This document shows, piece after piece, positions 11,962-25,162 of a stretch of 64,000 bases of DNA. Origin of the DNA: Saccostrea cucullata (Eukaryota); NCBI RefSeq assembly GCF_032062105.1, contig NW_026931568.1:310001-374000 (forward strand). Reading direction: 5' to 3'. Numbering within the stretch: the first letter of the stretch is position 1; every line of letters begins with the position of its first letter. The position numbers and the translations under genes were made by a program. The notes below the pieces were generated by a model. That model was not told the DNA's origin, searched no databases, and worked only from the letters and a program-made list of their open reading frames with translations.

Positions 11962-14900
11962 TCAGTTTCTCCTTGGAGGTGGGGGCCTGGCTGGTGCCGA
12001 GGGTCGACTAGGTTTTGAACCTTCAGAGTTTCCTTTCCCTAACCTTTTATTTAAAGCACTAGTAAGTTCATTGTTAAAATTATTATTGCCCACTGGTCTT
12101 TGAGTATTCATTGTATTACTTTGAGTATTCATGGTATTAACGTATATATGTTCTAAATCGGCAGACATTCTGCCTCTTTGAGGGACTGGAGGCCTGAGAC
12201 TGTTAAATGGTTCTGATTCGTATTCGGCTAAATCTCCCTGCATGCTCAAATCCTCCATTGACCTGCTGATACTCCGGGCTATGGTGGGTAATTCGGGGGG
12301 CGGTCTACGAGAATAAAAAGTCCGTACAGAGTCATCTGAGCTCTGACTGGCTGTTGATACATTTGACGTTTCAGACATGCGTTTGTGCTTTGCGAGTGGT
12401 GACTTTGGAGGTGCCCTGTTAGGGCGGGGTTTTGGGAGAGGGTCTGTTGAACTACCCGAGCTTTCTTGATCGGGTCTTTCAAAATTCTCATCCTCTCCAT
12501 CGTCCACTTTGATAAATGGTCTCTGTTTTCTTCGAACTGTTTGACCCAAAGCTGAAACCACCTATAATTAAAAGGAATGAAGATATTTTATTTTACCTGT
12601 TGATTTTAAAATTTTCTTTTTAAGTTTTCTTTGAAATCACCTCAATTTAAATTCACCTACTTGCAACCTGGGCAAAAATTAAACTGGGGCAAAAAATTTA
12701 CCTGCATATAGTAGCTGCCGAAATATATGCAATACACATTCAGATTGCAATACACTTTGTACTTTGGAAATAATCAATATGATCTATTTTTAATTTCAGT
12801 TATAATATGGAGCAACTAGTATAAATTAAGTCATCAACCTTACCCTTGCTTTGCCTAGATAATCTCTTTTATCTACATTTTTGAGCAGTTCCTTTGGTGG
12901 ATGAAATATACAAGAATCTGGTAACTCTTCCAATTCAGGAGCTTCCTATATAACAATAAAATTTGTAAAGTTTGCATTGCCAGTTAGAGTTAATTCATAT
13001 GGGCCAGTGTAAAACAAAAGTATTTTACTATGTGCCACCGGCTCTATTTTAATTAACATTTTAATACAAGTACATGTGCAGAAAAAAAATAATACAATAA
13101 AAAATCAACTGACCTCCTCTACCCCATTTGATTGAACAACTGCATGTTTTAGAAGGGCTTTGGATTTTTTGGTTACTGGTTTACCGCTGCTGTGTTGGTA
13201 TTCTATCAACTCTTGTATTGAAGGAAAAGAAAAACCCTCAAACTTCCAGTAACTCTGTGAAATTCATGAAATGTCAAAATAACATACTGAATTGTTTTTT
13301 TTTTAGTAATTCACATTTACATATACATGCAATATTTATCAAGGTCTCTTATCACTAAGCCAAAAAAGCTCCAAGGTTCAGAATGAACATTTTATACACT
13401 GGAAGGATGAAAAGTGGAGCACCTGGCCATGAATGAGTTTCATTTTACAAAATGATAAAATAAAAAAAAAGAAAATAGAACTGGATATACATGTTTAAAT
13501 ATTCAAATACCATGAAAATACAAAGAAATATTTTTTTAACGTAGATATTGTCAAACTGCTTAACTTTCTAAAAATTACCCTCATATAAACATTTCCATAT
13601 TAACAAATTCATTAAATATTTTTCATTTTCTTTAAATGATATATACATCTACCTCATCATCCTGTATAATGAGAATATGTCTGTATCCTTGCCACAGGAC
13701 AGACAGGACGTACTGTAATGTGTTTTTCTTCTTGTTGAGACTCTCTCTGACTAGGAAATCACCTTCCTTGCGTAACATTTTCTCTGCCTCTTGCCTCGGT
13801 AGTCTACCGTGATACCAACTCTGACTGCGTAGAGAGTGTCGCCTCTTTAATGCTGAGACATCTTTTTTCATCTCCTGTAATTAATTTGCATATTGTATTG
13901 ATATCAGTTATTAAAGTAAAATGGCAGTGCCAAATTTACTCTATATGATGAATTTTTAAATTCTATTTTTTTTTTCAATGTTCAATATATCAAGTACATC
14001 TATCAATTTGTATATTTTATAAATAAATGATATATGTAATATTACTTCAATCTTTCTAATTTAAGATCACTACAGTCTATCTAGCAGGATGAAAGCAGTC
14101 TTTATACATAAAATTCTACATGAAAATACAGTGGAACTTGTATTGCAACATGAACACATTTTTAGTGAGTTCATGTACACAAATATAATAATCCACATTC
14201 CAAGGTTTACTTTCCTCAAATAACTAACAGATACTAATTATGCTCAGACATAGAAGCCTAATTGAATTAGAAATTTTCAGAGTTCAAACAGTTTTTTTCT
14301 CTTTAGAATACAAAGCCTGTAAATTTATAGATAAAATACTTTATACTAAGGTTGTGTGCACTTTTACTGCACACTGTGTCAAGTATATACCAGTAATACT
14401 TCCTCACTGACCTGTAATTTTTGTAGTGCCTGGATACAGTTCCTTCTGGTTGTATCATCATCTTCCTGTTTCATGACTGCGATCAGAAACTCCTCGGCTT
14501 CTTGTCCTCTACCCATCATCTTCATCGTGGTGGCCTTGGCAATCCATATCTGTTAGGAAAATGTGGAATATGATATACACTGTTTTATCAGAAAGATGTG
14601 ATTAGCAGTATTTAAAATAGATTCATATGTGATATTTTCAGATTCTTAAAATTATTTAATGAAAAAAAAATTAAGTATGAATGCCTGCAGTATTTTTATG
14701 AAAATTATGAATATAAGGTGAAAAAGAGACATTAAACATTAAGTTCTGTACCAGCATATGATATACATGTATGTATGCTTATGAAAACTGTCCTCGGTTT
14801 GTAACATCACCAATTTTTCTTCCCTATCTTTCAAGTAAATTACAGTATATATTTCAGGTGCACGTGCACTGTGTAAACGGGTCTTGTGCATCAATTAACA

Positions 14901-17900
14901 TTGTTACTGTACCTCTGATAGTGTCAGCTTGTAGGCCATTCCTAGCTGGTTGTAATCTATGAAGCTTGCTGATCTTAGTTTCTCCACAGCATTATCAAAA
15001 TCTGCAATGGCTTCTCTATATCTATGGATATATATTTTTGAAGATCTTGAGCTATTTTGTTTGCAGCATTCTGAGCTATTACTTCCAATTACTAAGGAGA
15101 ATTCTTCTTAGCGTCAATTTATCTTTCATTTTATATAAATAATTACATGTAAATTTTAAACCTTTGTATCAATGCAAGAAAGGAAAGTCCATTTTCATTT
15201 AAAATTACACTTTTTAAAGGGAAAATTACTAAATTTACACTGAATATTGATTTTAAAATTCTTCTTTTGTGTGAACAGTTTACATATCTTACAGGTATAT
15301 TATATGTTAATTTATTCTTTAAAATAAAACACAATAGAAAAGTAGAGGTCATAATTCTAAGCCAAATTTATGAGTACAAAAATACTCAGTGCATGGTCCA
15401 TTACATGATGAACAGCACAGTATATTGTATATCCTATTACACCAATATAAAGGTGTAACTGGGTATTAAATTAAATACCTATACATTATAGTCTTATGAT
15501 TAGTAATTTTTATCATAAGACTATGATGTTGATCAGCTTGAAAATAAAAGAATTTAAAAATTCAATTTTCAAATTTATGCTGGGAGATTGCTGGACCAAA
15601 TACAGAATCTTCAAGAGAATATTTCCTATACATATTGATCTACAAGTAAAATTGTATTGCAGCTTTCTAAAACATGTACTCCATACCTGTGAAGCTTTGC
15701 TTCTGCCAGTCCTTTGCAGAAATAGGCAATAGCCAAGTGTTGATCTTTTTGAACTGTTTCTTTGAAATTCTACAAAGAAGTTAAAATATTTAAAAACTGT
15801 AATGTATTATCATATAATAAGACAACTATTAATGAAGTAGAAAATATTAGCTCACAAAGATTATTTTGCATTATTTAAAACAATTTTATGCAGACATTTG
15901 CTTTAATCTTGACCACTTACTTAACATATTTCTTTCATCTTTCATGAAGTTAATTCAAAGTTAATAAACAAGAAATTAAGAGCTTCATTTCAGGAATGGC
16001 TTTCAAACCAATACATGTTCCAGTTTTGTCCTTGAAATTAAATCTAAAGGGCATGATCCCTAAATTGTTAAACCAATGCCCATATTGCATACCTTTTACC
16101 CAGGGGACCTCTTTAACAGGCTAGGTACATGTAAGAGTATGAGCTGCTTTAGACAATAGGTCAGAGAATAGATTGAGGATAAATATTTAGTAATATTTAC
16201 ATTTGCTGTGGTTTTCTAGTAAGCCAATAGTGAAATTGATTTGAAAACCATTTTCGTGTATACTCACACATAGAAAAACACAAGGAGAAACGTGCCCTAA
16301 CGTGATGTCACAATGAGGCTTCAGAGATGTTAGAAAAATGCAATGAAATAGGTCAGCAAGAAATTCAAATATTGAGTTTATTATTGGTGCTTTAAGACAT
16401 GGAAAATATAAATATATATAAGGAATGTTCTTAAGTTTTTGTGTGAATTATTGGTGTGTGAATCACACAGACTTGCACATATATTTCATGAAGCGCGCTA
16501 GTGCACTAAAATTCATGAAATATGCCTACGTGACAAGTCTGTGTGATAGTGCTTCATGAAAAATATGCCTACGTGCAAGTCTAGGTTAACTCACACAAAA
16601 ATAAAAAACATTCCTTAAAAGAGACATGGAAAGACAGACAGCTAAAGAATAATCATAGGAGGGTACTAATCTTTAGAATACCCACCGAGACCAAGGCATA
16701 CATTATCTAAACAAGGAAACTTCATCATGATACAGGATGTTTAAGTAACTATTTGGACAAAGATTAGATCTAGGTTAAGTGTATGGATGCTCATCTCAAT
16801 CCATTAACTGTGTGTTGATCTATCATCAACTTGAATGTCTGTCCTTAAATAAATTGATAGGATTTGATAATTTAATATCTAAAACTCAAAATTTATATTC
16901 TGAGTGCTGCAAAATTTTGCATCTATGATCCTATACTGATGAACATAATTAATATACTACGGAAGTATCATATGAGTATCTAAACCTAAGTGGGAAGGTT
17001 ATTCGTCAATCAGGATGCAATGTATGTAATTTATAAACATAAAATGTCTACAGTAGGTTGTTAATCAACATCTGTATATGTGTATAAGTAGCAGATCATT
17101 TCATTAGCTTTTCAAATGTCTCTTTGCTAATTCACTTATTAGTGGTAATTGGGGGTGGGGTGGGGTATCCAGCAAAAAATGTGAAAACTGTCAATATTTA
17201 TCTGTTGCATTGTGAATTCAGACCTGCATGGATAAAAAGACTATCCCACTCAGAACCACTGGAAAATTGTACAATTAATGCATGTCTTATTCTCATTTCA
17301 AGTGGTTAGACTGAGAAAATATTGATTGCATTGTCTATGTCTGCAATAAACTTTTATGACACCTTTTGTCCACATTGAACTTGCATCATATATTAATACT
17401 GACCTATACTTACAATTCTGTGTATATACATGTATATCTGCAACCAGGCGTTATTACAAGGATTTACCTACACTTATATAGTTTCTCTAATGTTAAAGTT
17501 TAAATATTCACTTTAGAATTACTCTATTTATTATCTTCTAGACCATTTATCACTCTTACAAAGTTGAGGTTTCAGTTATAATCAATGACATGTATATACA
17601 TGTAGCCACTTACATGTAATATACAAGTATGATTCATATAACTTCACCACGTTCACCTTTTAACATGTAAATGCACTTACTTAATTCAGTCTCATCTTTT
17701 AATGAGGAAACTGAAAAAATTGTCAAGAGTATTCTCTCATTTTTTGAAAGTACTGCTGTAGGCAATATACATAAAATGATTTTTAATCAAAGAAACCTTT
17801 GCATAATGAACACAAACAACTAAAAGCCTCTTAATGAATTGCAGAAAAACAAGACCATATAATATCTCTTCTGCTCAATATTGCTGAACTGATTGTTATA

Positions 17901-18274
17901 AATACTAATTTAAGCAAAAATTGATTTTTCAAGTAAGGCAATTTCAAATCTTACTCTTTTTATAGCCTAAAAGTTACTTTTTATTCTAATTAAACCAACA
18001 AGCAGACTCTTTACTTTAAAGAAGGAAAAAAAACAGAAATTCATAATTAGTTTCTAAAGATACCCACAACACTTGAACAGAGACATATAAAACCATTGCT
18101 TCTGCCCACAATAAGAAAAAAAATATTTTTTAGATATACATATAATGAGTTTTAATTACTATTCTCAGTCATGAAAAAAAAGAAACATGCACGTTACATC
18201 TATACGTGTGCACATGTAGTTTTCAAGATAAAATTTATGACAATATGTGGTGGAGTTGAAACAGCTGCAGGTTG

Positions 18275-18305
<31 letters not shown>

Positions 18306-18490
18306 CATACCTTTACCGCATCCTCTAATCTGTTTAGTTGGAGATAAGTAAAGGCGATGTTGTAAAAAATGCGAGCATTCGGATTTTCGATTTGCTGGAA
18401 CTTAGAAATAGCCTCTTCAAATTCCTCTTCTAGATATGAATTTATGCCATCGTTCCATGATATAATTGTGTCTTTTAGCGCCATGTTCAT
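11962..18490 (-). CDS. NADPH oxidase activator (p67phox/NCF2-NOXA1-like) with TPRs, inserted SH2 domain, activation domain and Pro-rich tail, ~522-524 aa
   Basis: Exons 18490(or 18484)-18311, 15769-15687, 15021-14913, 14549-14412, 13874-13653, 13254-13114, 12945-12844, 12561-11962. p67phox-like motifs WNDG, ARIFYNI, KDQHLAIAYF, LRSASFIDYNQLG, DYLGKARVVSAL. SH2 motifs WYHGRLPR and GDFLVRES. Confidence 0.88.
16419..16617. repeat. Imperfect palindromic TAAGGA...TCCTTA repeat in intron 1 of the NCF2-like gene
   Basis: CACAGACTTGCAC...TTTCATGAAGC inverted against TTCATGAAA...CAAGTCTGTG. TAAGGAATG/CATTCCTTA ends. Confidence 0.55.
18278..18305. repeat. (GA)n microsatellite next to the exon 1 donor
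   Basis: Direct observation. Confidence 0.9.
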
Positions 18491-19193
18491 AAATGAACCG
18501 GCTTAAGACAGACGGCAGTTTTGTGGCTTAGCTGTTTTATGAAGTCATTGCAAGTGTTTGTAAATACTCGCCCACGTGACAATAACTTCAGTTCCTGCTT
18601 TATACCGGAAGTCATCGGCAATTTTTCGCGGGAAAAGATAAAAAAAATCTTTTAAGCCTGAGAATACATATGTCTCGGTTTTTATTTCGGTATTTTTTAG
18701 TTGTTTATTCTTTTGTTGTTGTTGTTGTTTTTTTTAAAATATAACTTTATTTCATTTTCTAAGTCAATTCTCTTCTGATAAACGTCTCTTCTAAACTTTT
18801 ATTATTATTATTATTAAAAGCCCTAAGAGATTCATTTTTCGGGGGAATAAAAGGGGTGAGGGGTGGGGGCATGGTCATCATTTTGCTTAGAAATTAAATA
18901 ACTGCGAAAAATTCCAGGGGGATCCCTCTAGACCCACCCATTACTTTATTCTTTTCAATATCATCACACATTGATCATTCCTATTTTTATTATTGATAGC
19001 TACTATATACATGTATACCGGCATCTATAAAGTTTGTTCTGCGTTCAAAACGTAAAGAAGGAAAAAAAGAAGGATTAAAATAAGCCTTCTTCCAATCCTA
19101 TATATGTCGATTTCCTGGTATAAATAGCATGGTTGAAAAATTAAAGTAAATTTAATTTGAAACACAATCATCCAGATTATACATGTAGTGATT

Positions 19194-19443
19194 CAGGCAC
19201 GGATCCAGGTTTTTTTTTTCGGGGGGGGGGGGGCACCCCATCAAAAAAAATTCCAACCCAGAAATTTTTTGACAAACAAAAATTTCACATGCATCCTTGT
19301 TTTCGAGGAGGGGTCCGCGTTTTCTATAGGGAGGGGCCAAGCTAGGTTCCTTGGTTTCTAATATAGGCCTACATTAACTCTTCAAATTCGGGGGAGGGGG
19401 TCCGAACCCCCGACCTCCCCACCCCCCTCTAGATCCGCGCATG
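19194..19443. mobile_element. Small MITE with imperfect TIRs
   Basis: CAGGCACGGATCCAG ... CTAGATCCGCGCATG. Degenerate 8-bp flanks TAGTGATT/TAGTAATG. Confidence 0.5.
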
Positions 19444-20919
19444 TAGTAATGTTTAATTATGCATGATAAAGTAAATATAAACGGATCTATACTCAATTAT
19501 TTTTCATGGAGCTATGGAGGGGTATTATTCAACTATTATTATACATGTACAAGGAGGTGTGGGGATAGGGAGGGGGTCTTCATCATTCATCATCCATGGC
19601 TGTAGGAACCGGGGAGGGGGAAGGGCCCCAATGATTTTGCCCATTTATATAGAATATGCTATAGAAACAAAGCTACTACATGTACAGTATTTGCTCAGTT
19701 GTGCTCTCTCAATCAAAAAGTCTGAACCTTTTTTTTGTTTTTGCTTGTCAAGGAATTTCGGTTGACAGTGCACCAACTGAGAATGTATGTGGATGTGCCC
19801 TCACCCCCATCTAGGTGTTATGTAGAAAAAAGGATCGAAGTCTTTTTCTTTGAACAATATCACGGTCGATCAAGCTAAACTGTGCACAATTTACTCAAAG
19901 AAAAATAACTCAGTTTTATTAGCCAATTGATTTTTTATAGAACTCATGATTATCAATTTAATTACAGTGAATTATAATTTAGTTCTACATCACATGCAAG
20001 TTTTATTAAATCTTCTAAATCTCAATCATTCATTGAACATTATTTTTTTTCTATAATGAATTAAAGTTTAATGAAATGGTGTTATATCAATTATTACACA
20101 AATATAGAAACGGGGGTTGAAGGCAACCAAGGGACGGAATATTGCCTGACGCAGCGCATTTGAAATTCGAATTTTTTACTCAAAGAAAAAAAATATGCTT
20201 ACTATAAAGATGTTACAAAATGCTGTGCAAGTTACTTACAATGTAATAAAAAAAGCGCATATAATGCTTAACCCCCCTCCCCGTTACTAGTATATAATGC
20301 ATAAAGTGCATTGTGATTTATTATATACACGACGAGAATTTAGATTTATTCTACACCTATAGAAAAGTATGCAATTTTTAAACAGGACATTATGAATATT
20401 TGTTCTTTTTTATAGAACAGTTTTATTATTAATTTTTAATTAAAAACAGAAATCATCATCTACATTTTAAACGAGTTTGTGGAGACTGTGTATGTACATG
20501 CTCGACCACAGTCCATTGTTCCATTTAGGTAGAAAACCCTCTCAAATCACATAGAATATACAAACAATACACAGTAACAGGTGTCTTCGCGGCACATGTC
20601 TCCACCTGTGGCACGTGAGGACAGGTGCCTCTGACTGCACAGACCAGTAGCAACGGTTTCAAAAGGGGGAGGGGGGTCCTAAGAAAAAAAATTGAAAAGC
20701 AAAAGGAAAAAACCTAACATTCAAACAACAAGCATCGAATGTTTTTTTAATTATTATTGTAATAGCAAAATACAATAATTACGCATGTAATTTTACTCAG
20801 AAAGCCTCTAGACGGAATAACCTGGCATCCACTACGGAAATCACTGAGAAACATGATGTAAACTATTGAAAAGCAAAAGGAAACTTTTTATTATTATATT
20901 GCAAAATACTATAATTCCA

Positions 20920-21449
20920 CAATGCTTCCCTAAATAAAGTAATTTAAAAGAATTTTGAAGTTTTCCCTGTAGTTTCCATTTTTCGGACCCCAGATAATTC
21001 CATCAAGTTTCCGTCACACGGAAACTGCTACAATCACATTCCATACCGGTTCCTGGGTCACGGAAACTTTAGGAATGGTGAGGTTTCCCTAAGTTTACAT
21101 CCAAATGAATATTAAAGATTCCATCGAGTTTCCATTCCACGGAAACCACTTCGTTCCTATTCCATATTGTTTCCTGATTACGGAAACCAGTGGAATCTTC
21201 AGGTTTCCCATTACGAGAAACTACTAGTACATGGAGGCTCGGGGAATTTCAGATTTACCGAGGTTGCTGTGGTGGAGGATACCTAATGGAATATCGGAGA
21301 GTATTAGTTTCCGTGCCACGGAAACTAGACGGAATAACCTGGCATCCACTACGGAAATCACTGAGAAACATGATGTAAACTTGAGGTTTCCATGTGGTTT
21401 CCATAAAGTTTCCCATGATGGGAAACACTAATTTCACCTGAAAACAGTG
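20920..21449. mobile_element. Repeat remnant rich in GGAAAC/GTTTCC motifs ending in CAGTG (probable CACTA/EnSpm-type non-autonomous element end)
   Basis: Many CACGGAAAC and GTTTCC motifs in both orientations. Terminal AAAACAGTG. The left end was not identified. Confidence 0.4.
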
Positions 21450-22994
21450 AAAAGTGGATAATCTTCACTTGTACCTAATTTTTTAAATATATCTTTTGAA
21501 ATGGTGCTCTCTTTTAAATACTATCCAATCGTTCTGTTTCTTAAGTCTTGAGTGTATACCTACCATTTATTATTGGTACCCGTGCCTTCATGTACTATTT
21601 ATCAAGTTCTATTGAAATGGAAAGAATAACCATGATTTACAACTGTCGATCGTCTTAAAATAGTACATTTTAAATATCAAACATGATGAAGCATGTAGCT
21701 GATATTAGATGATACCCGGTATTAAAAAAAAAACACAATAATTATTATTTATTGATTTATTATTGGGGAGCTCCTTCTCTTAGAGAAAATATCTATAATA
21801 GTTTTCTTTTTGATCCATTTATACAATGTTCCCCAGAGCCCGTCACAAATGTAATCTCTACCACCCTTCCCCCACCCCCCACAATAAATAAAAAATTGAT
21901 ACCTCTCCGAAACGAAAGCACAGATCCGCCTTTGAATAAAATATTACAACTGGATCAAACAACTATGTGTGATTTACCGGGCTGGATTGCTTTTCTCAAG
22001 TACCACGTTCTGATCACGTATACATACATGTACACTTACATATTCATGCAAGAGTAAGCTATGAAATCAACATGTATTTATAAAAATCGTGGGACACATT
22101 TTTGTCTCAAAGCGGAAGTATTGACGAGGTAAACACGAGATTTAAATGACAAAATCGTCTAGGGAGTTATAGATTCTACTCGGGGGATTTTCCTTGTTTT
22201 GGTTTTATGTGAGGGAATGATTATTAAATCGACAAATTTGATAAAATAAGAGTGCTCATTAAGATGTCGTAAGGGCCACAAACAAACCATGCGTATATAG
22301 ATATCGCAAACTGGAAAAGACGGTAAGTGGTTCTAGTGTTTTATGTATTGTTGTTTATATGCATGTACATAAGTTCAGTGAGATGTAAAATGATGGATGA
22401 AAATATCTGAGCTTGATGAATATTTTTCTACATTTATAGTTCTTACTGCTGCTGATATTAATTCTTGAGGTAATAGAACCTCTATTTAAAGTTGTATAAA
22501 TTTGATCATACAACAATCACATGTACATGTATTATTGTTTGTACAGCAAATATATGCATGCATCCACAGATCATTTTATGACCCAAAATGAAAAAAAAGG
22601 TACCGATCGCGAATAAAATTTGGAATGATTTAAAAATGAAAAATATAAATAATCTTCAAATTCAAAGATATGTCAGATAAAAATTAATTTAATTTTCTCA
22701 CAATTCCGGCAATTAGAAACCATGAAATATCCTACTTTACCAGGAAATATCATATTACCATTGGCTTTTCAGAAAATAATGGGACACGAAATGTGAATTT
22801 ATATATATTAATTTCTTCCGTAAATAAAGCATTTTAATAATTAACACTCGCTGACAGGGTCATTTGAATGGATTTAATTTATTGCTTTAGTAATTGAAAA
22901 TGTAACTTGTATGCAAAGATTGATTTCTTTTTATATATTTTTTAACATAGTGGGAAAAAACCAATGAAAATTTCGATCGAAATGACCTTTGAAT

Positions 22995-25162
22995 ATGAGC
23001 AAAATTGAACTTAGTGAAAGCGATGACCCTGTTCGGGTCAAGGTCGTTGTTATTGGTGATATGTGCGTTGGGAAAACGGCTATCTCTCATAGATTTACCA
23101 AGAATGCCTTCGAAGAGAAAATAGCCCACACAGTTGGAGGTAGGTAGGATGTACCTGTACCAAACATTAGTTCATTTGCAATTAATAATAATTACATTTA
23201 CCTTAATTTAGACATAATAATCGATCAATTTGAATCTATTCAGCTAGCTATTATATCCGATCTATGGAAATAGAAGACAGGACTGTCCTTTTCCAAATCT
23301 GGGACACGGCAGGTCAAGAACGTTTCAGGAGCCTCGTTCCTATGTATCTCCGTGACGCCGACATAGCTTTGCTGGTGTTCGATATTACGTCACAGGTAAA
23401 TCAAAATATGTCTATTAAAATTATTCAAAACTAAAAAAAATGAGTCTACAGTACAGGACATACATGTATTCCATTTTATTTTTAAGGAGTCCTTCCACAG
23501 TTTGGAACTATGGAGAACTGAACTCATGACTAGCGCACCTGCCCACGTGACCGCAGCTGTAGTGGGCAACAAATCTGATCTGGGCAGCAAAAGAAAAATA
23601 GAGGCTACGGTAATTTCCCTTGGCTATGATTAAAATTCTTTTCCTCAAAGCAGTCTTGTACAGAGGACATGCAATCTTACAATAATACATCTCAGAATGA
23701 ACAAATCAAACAGGAACAACAACAATGTCCCTATTTTAAAGACCTATTTTATATTTGCAACACGGCACGAATTTTCAATGTCTTCAAGCACTCTGCATCG
23801 TGGAGGTGATGCTCACTCTCACCAATGGCGCTTGATCCCACCTCTGATGTTTTTGCTCTGCTCCTGATTTTTACTGTTTGAATGGACCTTAGAGCTTGTA
23901 TACTGCTCCTTATCTCCATATATTTTATTGAATATTTATAATGCGACATCTGGAAACCTTCCTGGTTTTGAATATCTACCTAACCTTACATTTCAAACGT
24001 GTTCGAATCATTTTTGTTATCAGCGCTCTTATATATCAAAGTTATAAATTGGAAGATTTTTCTTACTTCAGGCTGGTCGTGCATACGCGGTGAAGCACAG
24101 AATGCTCTACACAGAAACATCAGCAAAACTTGGAACCAATGTTGAGGAACTTTTCTATGACTTAGGTATTAAACATACTGCACGAAATATTTATTATACT
24201 CTTTTGTCTCACATGCACTTGGAACAGACGTCGAGGAACTTTTCTATGACTTAGGTGTAAAACACACTGAAAGAAATATCTATTATACTCTTATATTCAC
24301 TTAGAACCAATATTGAGGAACTTTTCTATGTCTTAGGTATTAAACATTTTGCACGAAACATTTATATTCTTTTGTATTAAATTCTCTTACATTTGTAAAT
24401 TTTGTAACTGATATATAACTATCAAAATATACTATATACTTGTATTCAGTTAGAATTTTTGTTGCAATTCAATAGATTTGTTAAACTATTTCTGGAACCT
24501 TGTATCTTGGAATTACCATTCAGCCGTTCCCATCTTATCCGCGACAAGACGTCAATTACAGTGAAACATTTCCTTTTCATGGAAATTAATTGTAGCTATC
24601 ATGTTGCACTTGTATCATGTTGTAAATTTTGCATTCACACACCCTAGTAAATTCAAAAGAACCCGCGAATTAATGGCCTACAACACTCAATCTTTCAGCC
24701 CTAAAATCAAACCCTCGAACCCGTATTTGTCCTACAAACCATGAAAACTTGCCTCTGTGGATATTTATGATTTTTCAATTTAAGTAAATCTGACCGAATC
24801 TATAACATATAAATTATTTACCCTTGATAAAGTCCTTTTTTACTTACGAGTACCGTTTTGACTCCTGCTATCTTGATATTGCGAATATGAGTTATATAAA
24901 GCAAATCCCAACTCAAATAAAGTTTCCCAAGAAATGAAGAATCTGAAAGAATGGTATAACGCTAATAGCCGTTATTTTAAATGAATTTGTATTTGTTAAA
25001 GTAGTTTTTTTCTTAATTTCAGGATTGCGGTTTGCAAACCCAGAATTAAGTGGACACATAGAAAACAGCATAAAAGTTCCAGAAAAATACAAAAACATTA
25101 TCAGTGTTCAAATTCCCCCAAAGGAAGAGACAGAATTCTCACAGAAATCGTGTTGCGGTTAA
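22995..25162 (+). CDS. Divergent Rab5-family small GTPase (copy A)
   Basis: Exons 22995-23139, 23244-23395, 23487-23609, 24072-24165, 25023-25162. Motifs [35 protein letters not shown] and C-terminal SCCG. Internal exon sizes 152/123/94 match the Rab5 gene structure as I recall it. Confidence 0.9.
24129..24370 (+). repeat. Three tandem ~80-90 bp copies of the Rab-A exon 4 3' end and splice donor
   Basis: GAGGAACTTTTCTATG(A/T)CTTAG|GT recurs, with donors after 24165, 24254 and 24336. Confidence 0.85.
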
